From Callorhinchus milii (taxonomy: Eukaryota): a DNA stretch of 64,000 nucleotides. This document shows, piece after piece, positions 39,101 to 51,100 of the stretch; within the stretch, counting starts at the first letter, position 1, and each line of letters opens with the position of its first letter. The notes beneath the pieces were generated by a model, which was given only the letters and a program-made list of their open reading frames with translations, did no database searches and was not told the origin of the DNA. A program made the position numbers and the translations under genes. Location: the NCBI RefSeq assembly GCF_018977255.1, contig NW_024704742.1, forward strand, positions 56,732,001-56,796,000, read 5' to 3'.

Positions 39101-42100
39101 TAGCATTCAGGTCAACCACAATTTGAATTGGGCTTGAAGAAAGTAGAAAAATTCATGTGGTTTAACAGGCAGCAATAAACCTTTTAACAAATGTGTGTTG
39201 TTGCGTTGTCAGGTCAATAGCAATTGAGCACAGACCTTAAAGCCCCATTGTACTCACTCAATTTTTCATTTTGGATTGCCATTCTTCTCACCATGAACCT
39301 TTTTCCTCCCACTGCCACTGCACCTGTTTCTGGTTCCAACTTATGTGTTTTTGTTTTACATTTTTATAAAACGGTAAAACAGAAAATGATGAAGCATCAA
39401 GAGATTTAACGATCAGAGACCCATTGGTATATTTGGAGTTCTTCAGTGATCTCATTGCCAAAGCTCTCATTGGCATCATAAAACCACCAATATGCATTGC
39501 GTGTGTTGACATTCGTTATTGTTTAAATCACTCATCTGAGAGAAGCAGGATTTTATCAAATGTTTGTCATTTCCGTTGCTTACCCTATTCTAACCCAGAA
39601 TTCTTCCTGTACATTTGAACACTGACTGCATGAGATTCACTAAATCCCAGTCTCATCTTCATTATGTCATTTGTTGGTGTCACAACTAATAGCTACCATT
39701 TTTGAGATAGGAATTTATCTTGGAGTTGTGGAAACTCAGAATGTAACTGAGGCAAAAATAATCTGAAGCCTGGGATTATAGAAATATATTGATTGCAGCA
39801 GTTGGTAGAAATATTTGTTTGGCAGATTGGGACCTATCAAACTCTTTGTATTTGTATTGTGGACAATTTTAACTAATAAATGAATGTGCGTTTTGTTTCT
39901 GTACATACTAATCACAGTTATCTTTTCTGATTGACATTCTTGCATCATTTATCCCTTTTTCATAAGAGTAGCATCACCAGTTAATTGTGAGATGTTTCTA
40001 ATGGTCTGTTTTGTGCTTGCTGTACACAGATGGCAGTGAATGGGAATTCCATTACTGACAGTGGAAGCCTGATGGGTAACTTTCAAGGGTCCTTTTCCCC
40101 ATCATCAGCATATCCTTTGTTGGCCTCAGGCAATCCAAACATCGTTGCAATGCAGCACAGCAGAAAGATGGGTAAGCTATCCCTGTGTAATATTGGCCTG
40201 GTATGATTATGTAACAATCAGGTGTTACACAGGCAGAGTTTTTGCCTATTTTTAAGTGTGGGAAGCCAGCCATATCTCAAAATTGAGATGTTGGAATTGA
40301 GTGGAAGAGTTACAGGGTCAAATAGCTGCTGGAGTCATGAGACCATTTCTGGTCCAACAACAGACCGCTTATGATGATTGATTTATTGAGTGCTCTGTGA
40401 ATAGATTCTTCTGGCTCGGGCTAATTTCTGCTTCACAAGATCGAAAGACCAGCTCTGAACTTTCTTGACCTCCAACTTCCAATAAAAATCAAAACCATTG
40501 ACAAAAAGGTTTAAGGAGTTCGCTACAAGAAATAGGGTTGACATAACTCATTGTGTTTCTACAGAAAGAAGCCACATATAATCAGCAAACAAAAGATGCA
40601 GGTACAGCAAATCCAAAGAATCCACAATGAGAAACATTTTCGCATTCACATCTAGCACACAGCTGGGTTTAAGACAATCAGACAATGTGTTGATCGAGGA
40701 CTGAAGGTGAAACTTGCCATTGATCATAATGGTAGAATAACAACAGTAGAATGAGTGGAACAATATGTGAGGAGGTTCTTTATCAAGGTTAGAGCTGAAG
40801 AAGAAAAGTGAAATGGAGAATGCTATATTTTCAAGTCACGAGTAACTGGGATAGAAAGGAGGGTGCACAAGAGTTCCAAGAGACAAGTTTGCCACGCAAG
40901 GAAAAGCATTCTAATTTGAAGCAGTGTAGGAGAAAAAATAAAAAAAATTTGAAACTAAAATACAAACTATTGACTAGAATTTTTTTTAAGCCCCTGAAGA
41001 GCTATATTGTTTAGCATTGCATGCCTCCAGATTGATGGCAAAGGGAACTGGTTCAATATGAATTTTCCAGTGGATTCTGAAACTTACTTCGATAATAGGC
41101 TCCAATTAAGCAGCAACAAAGTGTTCACATGTGTTGTGGTGCAGAAGTAAGAATTGATTGAAACTACATCTACCTCCTCCTACAACCAAAAAGCCTACAC
41201 ACAGTCTACGCTACACAAATTATTGTTGCAGTTCGGTCATTCCTGCTTTTGATGTTTGAGATGCAAAATGAATATTGTTCTGGAAATAAACTAACAAACT
41301 CTGCTGGCTGCAGCTGCCAGCTACTTGACGTTCAAAAAATAAAGATGATACAACCCAAACCTACAACTTGCTAATGTGGAGGATGATTCTCGTGGTCAGA
41401 CTTGTCTTCCATTATAATTACACAAAACCTGAAACAATTAGAAGTGCATAGCTTTGGAAAGATATTATTGTTTTGTAAATTACTCATTGAACTTTGGAAT
41501 AAGATCCGTTTACTGTTCTTTTTCCTGTGGTATTTCAGCCTGAACAGGTACGTTCGTCCTTCGGATGAAACATTAAACCAAGGTCTCGTCTGCCTGTGCA
41601 TGTGGACGTTAGAGATCCTGTGATGCAATTCAAAAGAGAGGGAGTTTGCCCCGGGCAACGTTCCCGCAGAAAAAAAATTGGTCCTTCACTTCATGTCTGT
41701 GGAACATTGCTGTGTGCATATTGGTTGCCGTGTTTAGCAACAAATGTATATAACAAATTTATAGAAAACTGTGAAGTGCTTTGAAATATTTCAAGATGAA
41801 AAGACGCTATATCAAATGCAAGGATTATTATATCTGTGAATAATGGGTAAAATGAGCACTTTGTCTTCTATCTTGTCCCTACTCATCTTTAATTGGCCTA
41901 AAAAAAGTGATTATTCCTGTATTTTTCACTGAAAACCATTGCATTTAATTTATAACATGAATCTTAGGTTTTTATTTAATTGCAAATTATTTGACTAATC
42001 ATTTGGTTGATTTCCCTCCACTTTTAGTTTTACAATTATGTCAAAAATATCTAAAAGGAATGTTGGATAGATGTGTAATTTCAATTTATCAGTTGGAATT

Positions 42101-45100
42101 GATCATTTAGAAGCTAACAATGAGCAATAAGCATATGATTGGATTCGAACTGCAATATGTACACTATTTTTTGATAAAGATAAGAATATTAACCAGTTGA
42201 AGTTGTGCCAGTATAAAGAACAACAACATAACTTGCATTTACATAGCTCCCTTCAAGCCCTTCTCTCAAGAGAGTTCATCCCCGTGTCCTGACTAACAAT
42301 TTCCCAAATAAAACTGCTCACTCATTCAATGGCTGTTTATGGGACATTGCTGTATGCTTATTGGCTATCACCTTCACCCACAAAATTCACACAGTTACAC
42401 CACTTTATCGTATATCCTGTTAAGAAGTTTGAGACATCTTACCAACATGATAAGGTACTATATTAAATACAAGGATTTTTATTTTCTCTGAAAATCTTTT
42501 TTTAAAACAATAGGTAATAATCCTTACATTTGATATTAGCACCGTTTATGTTGGGAGAACATCTCAAAGCGCTTCATTGGATATCCTGCAAAGTGAAATG
42601 ATTGTGTATTTTTTTGGTGCCCATTTTTGATTGATGCACTTTTAATGATTGTCAGGTATACAACGCTTATTTTTTACTTCCTTGCAGAGAGTATGAGGAC
42701 TTCACAGCAAAGTCGATCTCCTGGGATCGATATGATCAGTATTGATCCACTTTACAGAACCTCAGAGGAGGAGAAGAAAGTGACAGTAATTAAAGCACCA
42801 CATTATGCAGGCATTGGCCCAGTTGATGAATCAGGAATACCTATAGCCATAAGAACGGTAGGGAAATATTATTTTACTCTGTTCCCCTGTCTGCAGTTTC
42901 TGCCAAAAGGTTAGTTTTCTACCAATGTGGCTGTTCAAACTTCTTTCTCTATTGAATGTGAAACATTTTACCAAAGAGATTATTATTAATAATAAATAAT
43001 AATTAATAATAATCCTTCCGTTTAATATAACTCCTTACCATGTAGTTGAGATGTCTCAAAGAGCTTCACAGAATATTACTGTAAAGTGAATTGACTATCT
43101 TATGGGAGAAATTAAGACAGAGTAAGGAATTTGTAGAATGCTAATTGTATATTTTTGTGAAAATATAAACATTTAAGATACAATGGGACTTTGTTCTTAG
43201 ACCAAGTATGGGCTCCTTTCTCTTTTTTTAAAAAGGTCTTGTTTTAATTAGCAGTATTCAGGACACGCAGTTCATTTGCAGGAAATAATTATTCTTTTTG
43301 ACTGTTTACAGCTCGTGTTCCTGCAACTGTTAGGCAATTGCTTCTCCCATTGTATTTGTACATTATTCATAGCCTAGCATAGAAATTACAGCACAGAAGT
43401 AGTCCATTTGGCCAATCGAGCCTATGCTGGTGCTTGCTGCTCCACCGGAACTACATAATCTAATCACAATTTCCTTCTTTTCCTCATGTGCTTTTGTAAT
43501 TTTTTTAAAGAAAACGTCTCTGAAGTATGCATCAAATTTTCTATTAAATACATTGATGCCATTTTCTTCAAGCATAGCTTCCTTTGAATATGTGGGGACC
43601 TGCAACCTACGCTCAAGGAATACTACTTCAGTGTATGTCAATATATGTCTATGTTCAACGACACGGTTTTCTCTTATCCACATATAATTAATTTGTAGGC
43701 AATTGGGAACTTCAGTTAAATATTGAATTGTTGTCTGCATTTCAGTACTCAGTCTTGTCCTTATCGGGCTTCCAAGCCACCACTGCTCCACCAAGACCAA
43801 TGAATTAAAGTGTCTCTAATTCTTTACATTATTCTTTGGCTAACTATAGCAAATATTCTGTGAAGCGCTTTGAGACATCTAGAGACATGAAAAGCACTAT
43901 ATCAAATGCAAGGATTATTATTATATAAGTTCTTAGAATTTTTTAGAAAGGCTGTATTTTGATGTGTGTACATACCAGATACAATGACTGACTGTAGTCT
44001 ACCATTGAAAAAACTCTAAATCTAGTCTTATCAATTTCTCAGTTCAATAATTAACCTTCTCCTATCCACTAATTAATTTTTGGAGGTCAGCCGGTGTCTG
44101 ACACATCACCATGCTTAAGAGTATCTAATTAATCTTGAATAGCATTTCTCTTCTATCAACCAATTGCTCTGGAAAATAACTGAAAAAATTTTCAAAGTCC
44201 TAGACAATCTCACATTTTAAGACTTTGGTATTCCTGCTAAGACTATGAAGTATTTCAGGCCTCTCTGGTCGTTACCCCTAAGGGTATCCTCCTTAACCAC
44301 CTTTTGTTATTTTCCCCTGGGCTTCAGTCCGTAGCCTCCCTGACTGTTGGCAGTACGTAATTTTTGATTATATGGTGTCAACTAAGAGGAATATAATGAG
44401 CACTCGGGGAAAAGCTATCACGACTGTATATTGCTTGTTTTAATTGTAGACTTTTTTGTGCATCTCACATTCCACAGATAATTGCCATGTTGCACACATA
44501 GCACTTCTCTTTCTCTATTTTTGTCCACTCACTTAGACAGCTATTGTTGTTCGATCTTTGAATGTATGTAATGATACCCCTAGATTTAGCTAGTCTGTAT
44601 CCAGTGTGGAAAAAAAACAGCTGCATATGTTTCTTTGTGTAGATGGGAGAAAAAATGTAGTTCATCCAGAGTTCACTTTGGCTATTAATTGGTGGTTAAC
44701 GTGTGTTTGTCATGCTGGAATATCTTCATCAATTTTCATTCAAGTGCAATTATTCCTTCACGTATAAAAATTTACTATAATCCACTTGGTTCATTTACAA
44801 ATGGAATAAATGATTGTAGATTAATTATATTGAGCCCCCGCATGCACATATGCACTGCATCAAAACTTGCGCTATGTCCAAAACAAATATGTAACTGAAG
44901 TTTCTTGAATGAACTATATACTTCAATTCATAGATTTTTAGACACTAATGCATATTGAAGGCCAAGTACAAAACACTAATTGAAAACTGTTCAGAAATTA
45001 TTCAGCACATTGGAGAATTGAGCTAATTCAACAAAATTTTCTGGAGTACCATCAATCCATTAATATTCATGATTGAATTCATAAATATTTCATGCAAACG

Positions 45101-48100
45101 CAGTGGTGTATCTAACAGTGTCTTGTGCGTATGAAAGAGAAAAATAAATTTATAAAACGATAACTTCTGTACAAAATAACACTACTGCACTAAACAACCC
45201 GTTTTTTTCTACAACCGGGTGTCTGACACATTTGGAAACCCATCACCATGTTTAAGGTTATCTAAACCAGATGGTGAGTTCTGCATTTGTTTGCCACTTT
45301 CACATGGCAAAGTGCGATGTCCCTGAGCCTGGAATGAAATGTGAACTTTCTCCCTGGAGGAACACACCCTGCTTAATTTCAGGGAGTATTAGATACAAGT
45401 TGGCGAGAGCCAAGACTTGGGGACCAGGGTCTGTGCGTTGAAGGTACTGCTGGTAATTAACCAGCTAAATCACTGTTCAACCATATAGTTTGCCGTTGAA
45501 ATCACAATCTATCAAGCCTCGCCTGTTTATCCAGCTAGAGCCACCCTGCCCATTAAGGTTTGGGCTTGCAGGGTTATCAGGAGCTGAATGGGAAGAATCC
45601 CAGCTCCAAGTGGCAAATAACCTCTTGACCTCTGGCAGAAAAATGCTAAAGATAGCAGCAACTTAATATTTTAACACTGTTGACAAGTTTTGAATTTCCC
45701 ACATATCTAGGTTCTGGTGTTCAGCGCCTTGGGACATCCTCCCACTGTGAAAGGCACTTTACAAATGCGATTTGTTGTTGAGGAAGGGATTGTGCTCATA
45801 TGTCATATAGGTTATCCCATCACATTTCTCTTTCTCTCCACCTGTTTCCTCTTAAAACTGCTAACTCCAGAGGGTGGGGAATCAAAAGATAAAAATCTAA
45901 AAGGAAATGAGTAATAATGGAAAACCACAATATGTTCTTGAGCATCTGAAAGAAAAAATTGGGTTAATGTTACAGGTTATGACTTTCATTGGGACTGATT
46001 GGACTGCTATGTGCCTTTCACTTTGTTTTCACTCCGGTCCCACTGCCTACAGCTTGCTCACTGGACACCATGAATAAAACGGCCATTGTGAGTGGCTAAA
46101 GCAAAGTTTAAACAGTTGCTATCATCCTTTGGGTAAAAATCATAACTAGATTTTAGATATGGAGTAGAGACTTACTGTATATACCTTTTTATGTAATACT
46201 AATTCTGATTTACAAACTGTAATCTAGACAGTGGATCGACCCAAAGACTGGTATAAGACGATGTTCAAGCAAATACACATGGTGCACAAGCCAGGTATGT
46301 TTCCTGTTTGTAATAGTAATGACTTTATTTACACGTTTAGCCTCATTTCACTTTCTTCTTAGCCTCAGAAATATTATTTCATGCTGCATCAGTCATATAA
46401 ATGGCTCAACCAAATAAAGCGACACAGACTCCACACTCAGCTAAGTTTTCCTCCCTTGAAGCTCAAAGTTCTCCATTTGAAAATGTTTTCCTTCTTTGGT
46501 TCAGGACAGTTTTAGGATTAAATGGTCTTTATAAAAGAGAAAAATAAATTTATAAAAAGCTGACTTCTGTACAAAATAGCACTTTTGCACTAAATAACCC
46601 TGTTTTTTTGTCAGCTGGGTGTCTGACACATTTGAAAACCCATCACCTAGTTTAAGATTATCTAAACTAGATGCTGGAAGTAGAATTATTGCCTACAAAA
46701 CACTATACAGTACAATTCTGTGAATTGCTTTGAGATGCCTCAACAATGTGATAAATAGCTATACCAAATGCAAAGATTATATTATTATCCAGTGTAAATC
46801 CATCAATCACTATTGAGTGGAAGGAAATTGCCTTTCAACTTTTTTATCTCTTAACAGATGATGATAACGATGCATACAATGCCACATATGCATATACTCA
46901 TCCTGGTAAGGACTTTTATTTTAGTACCTTGATAAGACTAGTGAACAACGTTTGTAATATATATAGGTAAAGGACGAGACCATTCAACCAATAAGACCTG
47001 TTTTACTGGTGTACTAAAAGCTTGAAGAACTTTTAAGACCAATGCTTTGCCCTTTCAATATACCCCTTAATACCTCTACTATTCATGTGTCTGTCAATCT
47101 CACTTCTAAATATCCCTATTGATTCCACCACTACACTAATTGAATTAGACTGTAGGATCTTCCCACACATGTAAATGCAACCAAAATACCCCAAATTCAA
47201 CCTATTTCATCTGTTGAAATCCTCATCTTCATTCAGCATTGCTACAGTTGCTATCTTTTCATATATCCTATATTGCTTCCATCAATTATGCTGGTGTAGT
47301 AAACACATGATGCCTGCCTTCTAGGGACTGGAATATCAACAATATTAATCTTTAATAATAGATTTTCTTATAGTTATTAAAGAAATTTTAAATATATATT
47401 TTTGGCCAATAATTCAGATATTTCAATACATCACAATATAATTATAATGCAGCAATATTTGCCATAGCAGACTATCTGTATTACATGAATGAAAATGTAC
47501 TTTCATCAACATATTGCAAAAATACAGAGAACATCCAAATACAAATTTCTGTAGTGTGAAATTAACATTGCGTAGACGTCCATTGGGTTCAGTGGAGTCC
47601 TGTAGCTCAGTGGTTAGAGCACTTGCCTTGCAAGGAGACACCTGGGTTCAATTCCAGACAGGGCAAAACCTTGGGCAAGTTTCCTTACTCCACACGCCTA
47701 ATAACAATTCCTCAAAAAAATAATAAATTGGTCATTTTCAATCCACAACTGTTTGTGGGACACCGCTGTGCGCAATTGGCTGCCGCATTTCGCTCACAAA
47801 TATACAGTCAATTCACTTTACAGCATATTTTGTGAAGCGCTTTGAGACGTCTAGAAAACATGAAAAGTGCTATATCAAATGCAAGGATTATTATTATCCA
47901 GCGCCTTGGGACCTCCTCCCATCGTGAAAGGCGCCATAGAAATGTAATCTTGTTGTTGTTCTATGCACAGCATGGACACAAAGTGCCTCCTCCAAAATAA
48001 CATGCATACAAAATACACAGTCACTACATTTCACAGTAAATCCTGTGGCATCCTAACATGAAATGTATATATCAAATGCAAGGATTATTGTTCATTTTTA

Positions 48101-51100
48101 TTATTATACTGCTGGTATTGCAGAGATCCACAGACACTCCTGACTAACTTAATGTAGTGTAAGAAATACTTAATTAAAATTGGAATTAAATTGGTGACTG
48201 GTTTTCTAGAGGATGATGGATTCAGCCTGTCCAGCTTCAAAAATTCAATTTGCTTAACCTTTAGCAATTTCAACAGTGGCTGAAAACCATTGAAAATTTA
48301 GCTCTAACATCAGCAGCAAAAACTGAATTAACACAATGATGGATTTTACTAACATCTGTTTATTGTATTTATTTTCAGGTAAACAAAATATCATAAATGT
48401 AGCCACACCTACCATACAGTAGCTAAACACAAGATTATCACAGTATCTCATTGTCTGGGACAAGTAGCATAGTTCAGTTCAAAATCGTGGAAATTCAAAT
48501 CTATCCTAAACCCATTCCATAGCATTCCAGAGAATACAGCGACATCTCTGTGCTATGTCTCGACTGGTTGACTCTAATCTTGTCTCGGAACTTTGTGGAG
48601 TCCTGTAGCTCAGTGGTTAGAGCACTCGCTTTGCAAACGAGATACCTGAGTTCAATTCCAGGCAGAGCGAAACCTTGGGCAAGTTTCCTTACTCCACACG
48701 CCTAATAATAATCCCTCCAAAAAAACAAAACAATAATAAATTGGTCATTTTCAATCTATGATTGTTTGTGGGACATTGCTGTGCACAATTGGCTGCCGCG
48801 TTCGCCCACAAATATACAGTCAATTCACTTTACAGTGTGTTCAGTGAAGCGCTTTGGGACGTCCTCCCGACGTGAAAAACGCTATATCAAACGCAAGGAT
48901 TATTATTATTATTACTGTAGCTAATTCATTCCCTGCACTAAGACGTTGCAGTTTTGTACCCTAAATGTACCTAACTCACTTCTTCCTATATCCAGCTGAA
49001 AATGATTACACCCCTTTACTATCCACATTTCTTTTCAAATATTACCGTTCCATTCTGATCTTCAAACAATTGCTATCTCAGATTCTCCTCTGTTCTGATC
49101 TTCAAACAATTTCTCGGTCATAATCAAATTCTAAGTACAGTTTCAAGATACTATTAACAAGTAATTGCAAAGCAGAAGACTTGCACACAATCTACCTTTT
49201 TTCAATACTTTCTTTTTCTTGAATCTATCAGGTCCCATCTTTCAAAATATCTTTATTTCTATTACTTAAACCTTGGCTTTGATTTTCTCTATTGAGAGAC
49301 GCTCAATTAACGTCATCTGTATATTACATTCCTCTGCTGTTAAGTATCCTGACCAGGAAATATGTAAACAAAGTGTCCTCAGGACATTTTAGTTTGTTGG
49401 CTTTACTTATCAGGTTCAAAAGGTTAAATGACTGAGCAATTCACACACCAGTTCACTGCCAGTATCACATGTGGACCCCGTCAATCTAGAGACTTCAAGA
49501 CCTCTATTTAATGAGGCTCATAACTTAGCAATTACATCAACAATTAGCATGATAAGAGACTAAAAGGTGAGCTAAATAGTTTCTAATTATCCATTTGAAA
49601 TGCACAGTATATGTTCTGGCAATTATAAATTTGCATGAAAAGGCACATCCGATGGAAATGGAACTGACTGTTGCATTATACAGGCGAGCCAAGTACTATG
49701 TTATTACATATAATAATCTGGCTGTTTTCCAAAGTCATTAATTGCTTTTACTGAGCAGCCGATTCTTCAGGTTAATAAGGCCCTCTTCGTTGCTACTACT
49801 ACACACTGTTGCCCGTACCCACCCCCCCCCACTGTGTCACAATTTAACAAATGGGGCAGGTGGTGGACATGTTCTCAAGCCTCCATATAAATGCTCGTCT
49901 GCAACAGGAGGAGGAAGTAATGAATGCCCGGAAGGGAGGAGCAGTTATGAGCCTTGCCAGGAGCCCACTTTGTATTCACAGGCTTAAAATATCCATTCAA
50001 TTTACCCTGCAGTTGCTTGTGATGAGGTTAACTGCTAAACTCACTGAGTTAACCTGAGTATTAAGCCCTTTGCTTTGACTGCCCAGCAGATTGCAAGCAC
50101 CTCCCCACAGTCCCCCGCCCCATCATCTCCCCCCACATCGCAGGCTGCCAGTCAACACTGTGAAGCCCTTTGAGATGTCCTCCTGAATTGAATGACTGTA
50201 TATAAAATGTAAATTATTGTTGTTTAAAGGACTATGTGATCCAAAATGCAATTAATGTTAGTAACCCAAGTGGCACACAGTGGCTCTGAGTTGCAGGTGG
50301 GGTAACAGGAAGTGCATCCCTTTCACTCTGGGCCCCCCAATCCTGAGGTCAATCTCATCAGAGCAATTACACCGTCTGTTGTTACTCAGGTTAACATCAC
50401 CTGCACTAACTGTCCTGTAACATATCTTACCATATATGCAGGGAACGGTGCAATTATGAAATTAGCGATGAATTAGAACAGGAATTCCTGTTAACTGCTC
50501 TTTTCTGTTTTTTTAAAACCAAACTAATAACACGGAATAACAGCAGTGTCATCGCTCACTACATGAGACAAGCAGAGAGGCAGAGCAGCAGAGATTAAGA
50601 GCAGATTCTCTTCATACCAAGCTTGGCCAAATTCAGGCTGATATGCTACACTGTCTGTTGAAATTTATTGCATTTCACTGGTCATGAAAGGTTAAATGAA
50701 ACCAATATTTAAAACAAAATATTCAACTGTATAATACGCAATGTAAATTACACTAATGTAGCTCCTTTCATGCCAGGAGGGCATCCCAAAGTGCTTGACA
50801 ATTCTGGCTGAGCTGATGGGGGCAAGGGATATGGTATTGATTTTTTTTTTAAATTACTTTCCTTATTTAAGGAATAGCATTTAAAGTGGATATTGAAATA
50901 CCAGCTTAAGGTTCTGGTTCTGTTATGTTAGTTTCCAATTTAGCGGCGATCATTTTCAAATGTCAGTGGGGAATAACTTAACACTGTATCTCTTTGAGTA
51001 ATTTCAGAAAGGCTCTTATTGATGATTGAAAAATGTTTCTGCCAGGCATAAATCCAAGAACGGCATCTAGGGCTTTTCAGATGGATTTATAAGCTATCGT

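Noticed and set aside
43363..43800. 145-aa minus-strand ORF
   Set aside because: It overlaps a decayed CR1 3' end (43375-43540), has no domain signature and starts at a non-ATG codon.
49590..50060. Repeat-free stretch with a TATA/CArG-like ccatataaatg as a possible internal promoter or enhancer
   Set aside because: It is not a true CC(A/T)6GG box, and conservation cannot be assessed from a single sequence.
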